Virus record (IMG/VR): IMGVR_UViG_2879770953_000006
DNA: 18,423 nucleotides
Direction: 5' to 3' (one strand)
DNA from: a virus
Lineage: Duplodnaviria > Heunggongvirae > Uroviricota > Caudoviricetes
A model generated the notes under the pieces. The model did not search any database, had not been told where the DNA came from, and saw nothing but the letters and a program-made list of their open reading frames with translations. The position numbers and the translations under genes are program-made. Below, piece by piece: positions 7,849 to 16,056 of this stretch; position 1 is the stretch's first letter; each line of letters starts with the position of its first letter.

Positions 7849-7939
7849 TAGACTGGCCCCCTGAATCTCCAGACAACCAGTATCACTTATTTAAGTGATA
7901 GTCTTAATACTAGTTTTTAGACTAGTCATTGGAGAACAG

Positions 7940-8305
7940 ATGATTGATGTCTTAGGGCCGGAGAAACGCAGACGGCGTACCACACAGGAAAAGATCGCAA
8001 TTGTTCAGCAGAGCTTTGAACCGGGGATGACGGTCTCCCTCGTTGCCCGGCAACATGGTGTAGCAGCCAGCCAGTTATTTCTCTGGCGTAAGCAATACCA
8101 GGAAGGAAGTCTTACTGCTGTGGCCGCCGGAGAACAGGTTGTTCCTGCCTCTGAACTTGCTGCCGCCATGAAGCAGATTAAAGAACTCCAGCGCCTGCTC
8201 GGCAAGAAAACGATGGAAAATGAACTCCTCAAAGAAGCCGTTGAATATGGACGGGCAAAAAAGTGGATAGCGCACGCGCCCTTATTGCCCGGGGATGGGG
8301 AGTAA
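7940..8305 (+). CDS. insC: IS2 InsC (OrfA), 121 aa
   Basis: Translation [56 protein letters not shown]... matches IS2 InsC; ATG at 7940 with SD GGAGAA. Confidence 0.95.
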
Positions 8306-9168
8306 GCTTAGTCAGCCGTTGTCTCCGGGTGTCGCGTGCGCAGTTGCACGTCATTCTCAGACGAACCGATGACTGGATGGATGGCCGCCGCAGTCGTCAC
8401 ACTGATGATACGGATGTGCTTCTCCGTATACACCATGTTATCGGAGAGCTGCCCACGTATGGTTATCGTCGGGTATGGGCGCTGCTTCGCAGACAGGCAG
8501 AACTTGATGGTATGCCTGCGATCAATGCCAAACGTGTTTACCGGATCATGCGCCAGAATGCGCTGTTGCTTGAGCGAAAACCTGCTGTACCGCCATCGAA
8601 ACGGGCACATACAGGCAGAGTGGCCGTGAAAGAAAGCAATCAGCGATGGTGCTCTGACGGGTTCGAGTTCTGCTGTGATAACGGAGAGAGACTGCGTGTC
8701 ACGTTCGCGCTGGACTGCTGTGATCGTGAGGCACTGCACTGGGCGGTGACTACCGGCGGCTTCAACAGTGAAACAGTACAGGACGTCATGCTGGGAGCGG
8801 TGGAACGCCGCTTCGGCAACGATCTTCCGTCGTCTCCAGTGGAGTGGCTGACGGATAATGGTTCATGCTACCGGGCTAATGAAACACGCCAGTTCGCCCG
8901 GATGTTGGGACTTGAACCGAAGAACACGGCGGTGCGGAGTCCGGAGAGTAACGGAATAGCAGAGAGCTTCGTGAAAACGATAAAGCGTGACTACATCAGT
9001 ATCATGCCCAAACCAGACGGGTTAACGGCAGCAAAGAACCTTGCAGAGGCGTTCGAGCATTATAACGAATGGCATCCGCATAGTGCGCTGGGTTATCGCT
9101 CGCCACGGGAATATCTGCGGCAGCGGGCTTGTAATGGGTTAAGTGATAACAGATGTCTGGAAATATAG
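8263..9168 (+). CDS. insD: IS2 InsD (OrfB transposase), 301 aa
   Basis: Translation ...[50 protein letters not shown]... shows the DDE-type IS3-family transposase signature. Confidence 0.95.
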
Positions 9169-9184
9169 GGGCAAATCCAGCATC

Positions 9185-9592
9185 ATGTTCGAACACCACT
9201 CCAACATCTGTTTGAACACCTGTTAAATTTCTCTCTTGTTTTGTTTGAACATCTGCTTCCTTTCTGCTTCTTCTGGCCTGAACAGATGCTTTTCCTGCGG
9301 CTGATTTTTTGGTTAATTTTTCTCTGACAGATGCCAGATCTTCCTCAATCCGAAGATGCATCCATTCGTCGCCGTTATCACAAAAAAACTCCCGCAAGGA
9401 TGGTTCAACATCAACCCATCGCTCGTTAGTCAGACGGGCAATTTTTGCCAACCTGTTTTTGGGTATTGGCTTTCCTGTTTGCCAGTAATTGAACATCAGC
9501 AACAAATACGCGCCGTGCTCCTCTGCTGACAAATGCATGGTGTCAGCCAGATAATCAGCTATGTACAGTTGCATGTATGGTAATGCGGCCAT
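9185..9592 (-). pseudogene. Replication initiator (lambda O-like / YdaU-like, DUF1376-type), N-terminal 136 codons, truncated by IS2
   Basis: Translation MAALPYMQLYIADYLADTMHLSAEEHGAYLLLMFNYWQTGKPIPKNRLAKIARL... resembles YdaU-type proteins by recollection. The listed 196-aa ORF 9002..9592 is chimeric, with its tail encoded by the IS2 end. Confidence 0.7.
9186..9290. repeat. Putative origin iterons inside the initiator gene
   Basis: Direct repeats of TTTGAACA(C/T)CTG-like motifs at about 9187, 9211, 9244 and 9279 (33-bp spacing between the two best copies). An AT-rich repetitive stretch lies at 7789-7830 on the other side of IS2. Confidence 0.4.
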
Positions 9593-9695
9593 AATTGCCC
9601 CGTATGATGCTACCCGGTTGCTTAGAATAAGTGAGGTAGCCTGAGTTTAACGGACGCTCCTTCCTGAAATAGAATGGCATCAGAAGGAGCTAATA

Positions 9696-9998
9696 ATGAG
9701 CAGAAAAACCCAACGTTACTCTAAAGAGTTCAAAGCCGAAGCTGTCAGAACGGTTCTTGAAAATCAACTTTCGATCAGTGAAGGCGCTTCCCGATTATCT
9801 CTTCCTGAAGGCACTTTAGGACAATGGGTTACCGCCGCCAGAAAAGGGCTCGGTACTCCTGGTTCCCGCACGGTGGCTGAACTGGAATCTGAAATTCTGC
9901 AACTGCGTAAGGCGTTAAATGAAGCTCGCCTTGAGCGAGATATATTAAAAAAAGCAACAGCGTATTTTGCACAGGAGTCGCTGAAAAATACGCGTTAA
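9696..9998 (+). CDS. IS600-like OrfA (100 aa)
   Basis: Translation MSRKTQRYSKEFKAEAVRTVLENQLSISEGASRLSLPEGTLGQWV...; HTH plus leucine-zipper arrangement typical of IS3-family OrfA. Confidence 0.9.
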   Translation: MSRKTQRYSKEFKAEAVRTVLENQLSISEGASRLSLPEGTLGQWVTAARKGLGTPGSRTVAELESEILQLRKALNEARLERDILKKATAYFAQESLKNTR

Positions 9999-10033
9999 TC
10001 GAACAATGGCGACAACAATTTCCCATTGAAGCG

Positions 10034-10852
10034 ATGTGTCAGGTATTTGGTGTATCCAGGAGCGGTTATTACAACTGGGTACAGCATGAACCCTCAGACA
10101 GAAAACAAAGTGATGAGCGGCTAAAACTGGAGATTAAGGTGGCACATATCCGCACTCGCGAAACATATGGAACCCGGCGGCTCCAGACGGAGCTGGCAGA
10201 GAATGGCATCATCGTTGGTCGTGACCGACTGGCACGTCTTCGTAAGGAGCTGAGGCTACGCTGTAAGCAGAAACGCAAGTTCAGAGCGACTACGAACCCG
10301 AACCACAATCTGCCAGTTGCGCCAAATCTGCTGAACCAGACGTTCGCTCCTACAGCACCAAATCAGGTCTGGGTGGCGGACCTGACGTATGTTGCCACAC
10401 AGGAGGGATGGTTGTACCTCGCTGGCATCAAAGATGTTTATACGTGCGAAATTGTCGGCTACGCCATGGGAGAGCGCATGACAAAAGAGCTGACAGGTAA
10501 AGCCCTGTTTATGGCGCTCAGGAGCCAGCGCCCACCTGCCGGGCTAATCCACCACTCTGATCGAGGTTCACAGTACTGCGCATACGATTACCGGGTCATA
10601 CAGGAGCAGTTTGGTCTGAAAACATCAATGTCGCGTAAAGGTAACTGTTACGACAACGCTCCGATGGAAAGCTTCTGGGGAACGCTGAAAAATGAGAGCC
10701 TGAGCCACTATCGTTTTAATAACCGGGATGAAGCCATCTCAGTAATACGGGAATACATTGAGATTTTCTACAATCGTCAGCGTCGTCACTCTCGTCTGGG
10801 GAATATCTCCCCGGCAGCCTTCAGGGAAAAATATCATCAGATGGCTGCTTAA
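10034..10852 (+). CDS. IS600-like OrfB transposase frame (272 aa; normally an OrfAB frameshift fusion)
   Basis: DDE transposase motifs (...WVADLTYV...HHSDRGSQY...NAPMESFWGTLK...). Confidence 0.9.
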   Translation: MCQVFGVSRSGYYNWVQHEPSDRKQSDERLKLEIKVAHIRTRETYGTRRLQTELAENGIIVGRDRLARLRKELRLRCKQKRKFRATTNPNHNLPVAPNLLNQTFAPTAPNQVWVADLTYVATQEGWLYLAGIKDVYTCEIVGYAMGERMTKELTGKALFMALRSQRPPAGLIHHSDRGSQYCAYDYRVIQEQFGLKTSMSRKGNCYDNAPMESFWGTLKNESLSHYRFNNRDEAISVIREYIEIFYNRQRRHSRLGNISPAAFREKYHQMAA

Positions 10853-10895
10853 AAAAAGAACAAATGGTAGTGTCCGCTATTGCCAGTACACCTCA

Positions 10896-11056
10896 GTCAG
10901 ATATGTCAGCAGCCCAAACAGCAGACTCCCCAGCACGCCTATTGCCGCCCACTGAGACGGGGAAAACCTGTCCAGCAACTGCAGGAACCAGTAGCCCGTT
11001 CCCACCGCTGACGTGGTGTATGACACACCTGTTGTGATTTTTTCCATCTGGTCCAT
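10896..11056 (-). pseudogene. S21-type pinholin, 3'-truncated by IS600
   Basis: Translation [54 protein letters not shown] closely resembles phage 21 holin S21 over 53 native codons. The reading frame then runs 5 codons into the IS600 end (EVYWQ, stop). Dual-start motif M-D-Q-M present; SD GGGAGA. Confidence 0.75.
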
Positions 11057-11363
11057 ACCCCGTCTCCCGTTATCCGGAAGCTGACAACAATAAAAAAGCC
11101 ACCAGTTAACTACTGATGGCTCTGATAACTCATGCAAGCGTCTCAGACGACCCACTGACACTACCGGTGAGTTTAACGATACCTTCCATTTGACTGGCTC
11201 ACTTTTTATGATGATGCCGGTGCATTTATCTCCAGCACCAGACTTTCTATCTCAACGCCATACGTTGCATTTTTGGTAATATCCGTCAGCGTCAGTGCAT
11301 TTAGTCCCACTGCCAGACTGTCTTTTATGGCCTGGAATGCCGGGCCAGTACGATGACGTAGTA

Positions 11364-11552
11364 TCACTCCGGCTCAGTTGCACCACTGACCACCACATCA
11401 CCTTCTGCTGCAATCGCCTGCATCAGGGTATAAGGGGTTATGGCCACCGGACTACCAAACGGCTGCCAGCCCTCTTTCAGTTTATGTGTCAGCTTTTCCG
11501 CAAGATCTGACGGCGGCGCCGCCCTGACAACATCATAGTGTTTAAATGCCAT
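11364..11552 (-). CDS. Small conserved phage protein (DUF1737-like by recollection), 62 aa
   Basis: ORF-track ORF 11364..11567; preferred ATG at 11550-11552 with SD GGTGGA. Lies upstream of the holin, as in Stx-phage lysis regions. Confidence 0.5.
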   Translation of the reverse strand: MAFKHYDVVRAAPPSDLAEKLTHKLKEGWQPFGSPVAITPYTLMQAIAAEGDVVVSGATEPE

Positions 11553-11811
11553 GGTTCTTTCCACCATCTGAAAAATAATTCTTTAAAATACCTGACATGT
11601 AATACAGAAAAAACACAAAACCATACCTTAAATAAAAACCTGATTATCAAGCAGATATGCATGGATAAACTACAAGACGAGATATAAACCACCCTGCATT
11701 TAAATAAACAATAAACAACATCAGAAAAATAATTCTGCTCTATGGTTTAATTCAAAAATATCATTTATACTTTTCAGAACATCACCAGCAAGGCATAAAC
11801 AAGGAAACTAA

Positions 11812-12147
11812 ATGAAGTGGATTGTGATTGATACAGTTATCCAGCCATCATGCGGAATATCTTTTTCAGTCATATGGAGTAAAATAAAATTAATAATCTG
11901 GTATCAATCGGATGCTTTCTTACCTCCTGAAAGTATATTTACACTGACTCACACAGGCATCATGCTCAATAACAAAGTGCTACCTGTAACCATTTACAAC
12001 GTAGTACCATTCAATAAAACATTCTGGAATTTAATCAAAAACAGCCAGGAATGCCCTACAAATACAGATAACGTATTGAATGAATGCTTTAATAACCGTT
12101 GCACTCTGCAAATATGTCCTTATGGACTAAAACAACAAAGTCCATAA
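11812..12147 (+). CDS. Hypothetical protein (111 aa), AT-rich cargo ORF
   Basis: ATG with SD AGGAAA 6 nt upstream. The only plus-strand ORF with good signals inside the prophage; AT-rich codon usage; C-terminal Cys cluster. A hairpin at 12184-12199 (CCCCTC-CGGA-GAGGGG) lies about 37 nt downstream. Confidence 0.45.
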   Translation: MKWIVIDTVIQPSCGISFSVIWSKIKLIIWYQSDAFLPPESIFTLTHTGIMLNNKVLPVTIYNVVPFNKTFWNLIKNSQECPTNTDNVLNECFNNRCTLQICPYGLKQQSP

Positions 12148-12594
12148 GGAGTTTACTCACATCTGACAAAATCAATATAAACAGCCCCTCCGGAGAGGGG
12201 CTGGAGAGTGGCGCTATGTGCCATTGCATGGTGCCGGGTGCCTCCCGGTGAATTCAGTACCAGCACCTGAATCCGCGATTATCCCATATACCTACTCGCT
12301 GATTGCCCCTCCGCACAGGGGGATTCACCATGCCAGTTTCTTTTAACAAACTCCCCGCAAACCAGACAACAGTCAACCGCCTGAATTGTGAAGTATTTAA
12401 AAATTTCTCCCGCTAACTGATACCCGGCTAACAGTCTGGCGTTTTCTTTTTCAGCAACGGGAAAGCAACAACCACCACACCCGCCACCAGCACACCGTCA
12501 GCCGGCACTGACATTATCCGGCTGCTGCAATGCCATTCACAAAAACAGTAAGCAATCACTTTTTACCGTAACAGGTGATAATCCAGATATGTAT

Positions 12595-12948
12595 CTACCC
12601 CAGATGAGTAATCCGAAGTTCATCCATACCACAGGTCCTGGCTATTCTGTTGTACTCCTGAACAAGAGCAAATAATTCTGAATTAGCAACCATGAACTCA
12701 TCGCAAACCCTCTGTATAGCATCACTATTCAGAATAATAACGTCTCTTCCCGAAAGACGATCAGGAGTACAGAACAAAACTGTCAAACGGCTGAAGGCCT
12801 TTGCTCGTGCTGCATTGACTATATCAATACGCTGCCTAAGGATGAAACACCCCGACGCCTCATCAATATTCACTCTACCCACACCATATGAATGATAAAT
12901 ACTTAATGCTGAAAAAACCATTAGACCGTATAACAAATACTCAATCAA
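12595..12948 (-). CDS. Hypothetical protein (117 aa from TTG; 108 aa from ATG at 12921), first ORF downstream of the tRNA genes
   Basis: Six-frame ORF with no strong SD. Sits at the position stxAB occupies in Stx phages. No motif recognised. Confidence 0.4.
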   Translation of the reverse strand: MIEYLLYGLMVFSALSIYHSYGVGRVNIDEASGCFILRQRIDIVNAARAKAFSRLTVLFCTPDRLSGRDVIILNSDAIQRVCDEFMVANSELFALVQEYNRIARTCGMDELRITHLG

Positions 12949-13058
12949 TACTTAACAGAACTTTTATTTTTGACAAATATATAATATTTTCAACAATATC
13001 CTGAGCCAGGTATATTTCAGTATAAGGCTCTGCCGGAAGGAATCTGGAAGAATGAATA

Positions 13059-13135
13059 TGGCGCGCTGTACTGGATTCGAACCAGTGACCGATTGCTTAG
13101 AAGGCAATTGCTCTGTCCGGCTGAGCTAACAACGC
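13059..13135 (-). tRNA. tRNA-Arg (anticodon UCU), phage-encoded
   Basis: rc reads GCGTTGTTAGCTCAGCCGGACAGAGCAATTGCCTTCTAAGCAATCGGTCACTGGTTCGAATCCAGTACAGCGCGCCA. Cloverleaf is consistent: 7-bp acceptor stem with one G-U pair, T-loop GGTTCGAATCC, anticodon loop CTTCTAA, 3' CCA. Confidence 0.85.
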
Positions 13136-13236
13136 TGAATACCGATAATGGACCGCCATCGGGGACCCGCCCCCCGCACCAACAACCCTGTTATCGTGTC
13201 GTCTGCTCTTCCTGATAAGCTAATGGCGGTTTGTGA

Positions 13237-13312
13237 TGGTGGCCCTTGCTGGATTTGAACCAGCGACCTGGCGATTATGAGTCGCTCGCTCTCACCACTG
13301 AGCTAAAGGGCC
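13237..13312 (-). tRNA. tRNA-Ile2 (anticodon CAU, ileX-like; formally could be a Met tRNA)
   Basis: rc reads GGCCCTTTAGCTCAGTGGTGAGAGCGAGCGACTCATAATCGCCAGGTCGCTGGTTCAAATCCAGCAAGGGCCACCA, which closely resembles E. coli ileX. Confidence 0.8.
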
Positions 13313-13351
13313 GGGAGCAGAATAATAACGGTCCGTAATTAATTTCGCAAT

Positions 13352-13373
13352 AAAAAACCCGCTCAGCGGCGGG
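13352..13373 (-). terminator. tR'-like intrinsic terminator downstream of PR'
   Basis: Minus strand: CCCGC-CGCTGA-GCGGG hairpin followed by T6 (rc of AAAAAACCCGCTCAGCGGCGGG). Confidence 0.65.
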
Positions 13374-13407
13374 TTGTAGAAACTCTTCTAACGTCAGGCA
13401 TAAAACG

Positions 13408-13450
13408 CCCATCATTATGACGAATTTACCACAGATTCCGGAAAAATCAA
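13408..13450 (-). promoter_or_regulatory. Lambda PR'-like late promoter with qut/pause element
   Basis: Minus strand TTGATT-16 nt-TAAATT-cgtcaTAATGATGGG, compared with lambda PR' TTGACT-17 nt-TAAATT-tgactcAACGATGGG (from memory). Sits 5 nt after the Q stop. Confidence 0.7.
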
Positions 13451-13455
13451 CCTTG

Positions 13456-14277
13456 TTACCTAGTTACCTTTTTTAACTGCCGCTCAGCCCATGCTTCTTC
13501 AATATCAAACCGGGTCACCAGCGCATCATAAAATTTCTTAACTGTTTTTTCCCATGACGCGCGTGTTATCTGGTTTGTCACCTCGCATATAGCATTAAAT
13601 GCCTCCGTTGATGGTAGTCTTTCATAGCCACGACCACCACAACGCTGGCAGTCTCTGATAACAGGCATACCACGTTTTACCGACTCTTCACGATGAATGG
13701 CGACACCACGCCCACGGCAATCCTTACAGGCGGTGGAAACCTCACCCTTTCCGCCACACTCCGGACAGGCAACTTTTACCACCTCCCTGACTTTTTTCCA
13801 TTCTTCCCAGTAAGACGGATACACACCTTTCGTGCACTTTGCCCATACCGGCGGCTTACCATCCGGATACTGGATCTTGTTTGTAAAAACTATGCTTTCA
13901 ATAAATTTTTCCCCATAGCAACAAGGGCACTGCTTTTTACTCGCTGCGCTGCGGGCATAATCCTCAAAAGCGTACGAAGCCATAATGCGCATCACTACCG
14001 GTTTTATTTCTGCCGGAAGTTTTCTCAACGCCGCCACACGATCGCACCGACTGAGTGCATAATCTGCCAGTAATTCTGTTGCCCGCGCCCTGTCATTCAT
14101 ACTGATGCCCATTTTCCCCAGGAACGCAGAAAAACCCATCTCAGCCCGATTCTGTGTCATGCCCTGCGCGGCCATCACATCAGTGATACTCAGCGCATCT
14201 TTTGACGTTGAGGCCGATGCATCGGTCAGGCCAGGGGATTTTGGGGAGTAGTATTTCGGTAAATCTTCCAGTTTCAT
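13456..14277 (-). CDS. Q: Antitermination protein Q, lambda type (273 aa), with extra Cys-rich insertion
   Basis: Collinear with lambda Q: KYYSPKSP / KFHSPKSP, SITDVMAAQGM / SGTDVMAAMGM, ASYAFEDYARSAA / ATFAYADYCRSAA, C-terminal ...WEKTVKKFYDALV...VTR. Four CxxC motifs, three of them CxxCxGxG. Confidence 0.85.
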   Translation of the reverse strand: MKLEDLPKYYSPKSPGLTDASASTSKDALSITDVMAAQGMTQNRAEMGFSAFLGKMGISMNDRARATELLADYALSRCDRVAALRKLPAEIKPVVMRIMASYAFEDYARSAASKKQCPCCYGEKFIESIVFTNKIQYPDGKPPVWAKCTKGVYPSYWEEWKKVREVVKVACPECGGKGEVSTACKDCRGRGVAIHREESVKRGMPVIRDCQRCGGRGYERLPSTEAFNAICEVTNQITRASWEKTVKKFYDALVTRFDIEEAWAERQLKKVTR

Positions 14278-14291
14278 TTTTTGACCTGCTC

Positions 14292-14648
14292 TTAATGCAT
14301 TATGGGGTAAATCTTCACCCCCAGACGTCCACCAGATACTGGCTGACCACGAACGATATTGATTTCATCAAACTGCTCATCGTCCATTAACACTCCCGCA
14401 TGCGTCAGCGCATCCAGCGGTGCTTTCAGGATATTGTCCAGGTCGCGACGACGCTTATCCGGTGGCTCTGCAATCACCTTTATCGCCAGCCTTCCGGACA
14501 GGCTTAATTTCAGCCGCTGCTGGCGAACAATAAGCGCCACAGCCCGGCGATAACGCTTTCCCTCCTCCGAGATAAAATATGTGCTGCCACGGCGTCGCCA
14601 GTAAGTGTTCACCGTCGGCGGGTAAGGTAAAACCAAATCTATGAGCAT
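14292..14648 (-). CDS. rusA: RusA-family Holliday-junction resolvase (118 aa)
   Basis: Motif PDKRRRDLDN, overall similarity to RusA, SD AGAGGTGA, position just upstream of Q. Confidence 0.85.
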   Translation of the reverse strand: MLIDLVLPYPPTVNTYWRRRGSTYFISEEGKRYRRAVALIVRQQRLKLSLSGRLAIKVIAEPPDKRRRDLDNILKAPLDALTHAGVLMDDEQFDEINIVRGQPVSGGRLGVKIYPIMH

Positions 14649-14660
14649 CAGTCACCTCTT

Positions 14661-15710
14661 TTACCCAAGCACGCCAGTTGCAAAGGCGTGATCAAGAAAA
14701 CGAAAAATTAAATCAACCTGAGAACCATGCTTTTCTTCGAACGCCAGAGGATCCGCATGAAGCTCGTTGTGATGCTCCCGACACAGCGGTAGCGTGAAAA
14801 TATCGTGAGATTTTGTCCCCATTCCGCCCTGACCATGACCAATCAGGTGATGGGGATCGTCGGCTGGCTTACCACAACACGCACACGGCTGTGTCTTCAC
14901 CCAGCGTTTGTATTTCTCGTTAACCCAACTGCGACGTTTAGGTCGTTTCATGAAAGATTCCGGAGACTCAGGATCAACGGCAATGCTGACCACCGTCTTT
15001 TCCTGTTGTGGGTTCTGTTGCTGGTGGGCGTGAGGCAGCGGCGCAAGATTTTTTGTGCGCTGTTTCAGTATGCTGGTGGCGGTCTGCTCTCCCGGTACGA
15101 TGTCGCTTTCACGGTACATTGAGCGGATTTTTTCCGCACGCAACCCCAGCGAACGACGTAATACCGCTTCCGGTAGCGCGTCCGCCACCTGATTGCGGAC
15201 CGCCCACCAGGATAATTCAGCCAGAGATAATTCACGCTCCTGCGTACCGCTTATTGCGTGACCGATGACGTCAATCATCCATGCTGACAGGTTTTGATGA
15301 GCAAGTTGCTCGAGTGATTCGGATGTCTGGTCACGCAACTGGTTGTCGCAGTGCCAGCACAACACCATTGCGCCGGTACCATAACGGTGAATGACGGTTT
15401 CGCTGTGATGATAATCGCCGTGTGGCCACTGGCAGGATTTAATATGGCGCAACAGCCAGTCAGACAATGCACCAGCACCACCAGCAGCACGAATCACCTG
15501 TGCGTTACTGAAAAACGGCAGCAATGTTTTGTCTTCCACCAGCGGCTGGCGAACGGCAGGAACGACCCCGGACGGCAGATTACGCATGCTTTTCGGTTCC
15601 GGCTCCACCAGTAACCGGGTATTGTGGAATACCGGCATGGATTCACGACCGGGCTTAAGGACCACCAGCCCGAGTTCCGGAACCAGAACAGGTCGAAGTA
15701 ATACCCGCAC
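14661..15710 (-). CDS. YdfU-like phage protein (DUF968-type by recollection; 349 aa) with C-terminal HNH-like Cys/His motif
   Basis: GTG start with SD GGAGG 5 nt upstream. C-terminus CACCGKPADDPHHLIGHGQGGMGTKSHDIFTLPLCREHHNELH. Same length and synteny as Qin-prophage YdfU as I recall it. Confidence 0.65.
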   Translation of the reverse strand: MRVLLRPVLVPELGLVVLKPGRESMPVFHNTRLLVEPEPKSMRNLPSGVVPAVRQPLVEDKTLLPFFSNAQVIRAAGGAGALSDWLLRHIKSCQWPHGDYHHSETVIHRYGTGAMVLCWHCDNQLRDQTSESLEQLAHQNLSAWMIDVIGHAISGTQERELSLAELSWWAVRNQVADALPEAVLRRSLGLRAEKIRSMYRESDIVPGEQTATSILKQRTKNLAPLPHAHQQQNPQQEKTVVSIAVDPESPESFMKRPKRRSWVNEKYKRWVKTQPCACCGKPADDPHHLIGHGQGGMGTKSHDIFTLPLCREHHNELHADPLAFEEKHGSQVDLIFRFLDHAFATGVLG

Positions 15711-15711
15711 G

Positions 15712-15990
15712 TTACCTCCAGATCCGTTGCTGGAATGTGCGGGACGGACGCGGTGGCTGTTCGGAGTAAGGGAGCCTGACGGAGATTATCCAGTGACGGT
15801 AGTCGAGGCTAAGGGCTTTTTTAACCTCGCATCCGCGCCTGCGGTAACACTGAATGAGCCATTCGGCCTGTTCTTCAGTGCATGAGGGATGCTGGTACCA
15901 GTCTGACTTAAATGCGTGAGAATACCGCTCGTGCGTGTGGGCAAGAACGGTCGAATTATCATGATTGTAATATTTTGCGTTGCGTGCCAT
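15712..15990 (-). CDS. Hypothetical protein (92 aa)
   Basis: ATG with SD GGAG; its stop is 1 nt from the downstream start and its 3' end supplies that gene's SD. Confidence 0.5.
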   Translation of the reverse strand: MARNAKYYNHDNSTVLAHTHERYSHAFKSDWYQHPSCTEEQAEWLIQCYRRRGCEVKKALSLDYRHWIISVRLPYSEQPPRPSRTFQQRIWR

Positions 15991-16056
15991 CGGTTTTCTC
16001 CGGTGGCACGGTGTTACTCAGCGGGAGTTCAGCCCCGCGCAAGATTGTAGATGAGT

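Larger units (their letters stand above)
7849..9179 (+). mobile_element. IS2 (1331 bp), complete
   Basis: Ends TAGACTGGCCCCCTGAATCTCC... and ...TGGAAATATAGGGGCAAATCCA; InsC and InsD match IS2. Perfect 5-bp target-site duplication GCATC at 7844-7848 and 9180-9184. Confidence 0.95.
9632..10895 (+). mobile_element. IS3-family element, IS600-like (1264 bp), complete
   Basis: Starts TGAGGTAGCC and ends ...GTACACCTCA. OrfA and OrfB match IS600 by recollection. Flanking triplets differ (AAG vs GTC), so there is no target-site duplication. Confidence 0.85.

Noticed and set aside
6431-7864. Numerous plus-strand ORFs antisense to the DnaC-like and initiator genes, for example 6667..7398 and 7457..7864
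   Set aside because: GC-rich shadow frames opposite strongly supported minus-strand genes.
9002-9592. ORF 9002..9592 taken as an intact 196-aa protein
   Set aside because: Only the first 136 codons are native; the remainder is read from the IS2 right end. Treated as the truncated 5' part of the initiator gene.
10877-11161. ORF 10877..11161 as a 94-aa protein starting at the GTG at 11161
   Set aside because: The N-terminal 35 codons lack a start signal and the last 5 codons are IS600-derived. The native gene is the holin starting at the ATG at 11056.
12150-12594. Several short ORFs under 50 aa in the cargo spacer, for example plus-strand MPVSFNKLPANQTTVNRLNCEVFKNFSR with SD AGGGGGA and minus-strand MSVPADGVLVAGVVVVAFPLLKKKTPDC
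   Set aside because: Too short to call from sequence alone and no conservation evidence is available. Worth revisiting if comparative data exist.
12960-13000. Perfect TTGACA and TATAAT hexamers on the plus strand
   Set aside because: They are only 4 nt apart, not a functional 17-nt spacing, and point antisense to the tRNA genes.
13136-13236. Possible third tRNA between tRNA-Arg and tRNA-Ile, as in the ileZ-argN-argO trio
   Set aside because: No T-loop (GGTTCGAATCC-like) or acceptor pairing found on either strand; likely a processing spacer.
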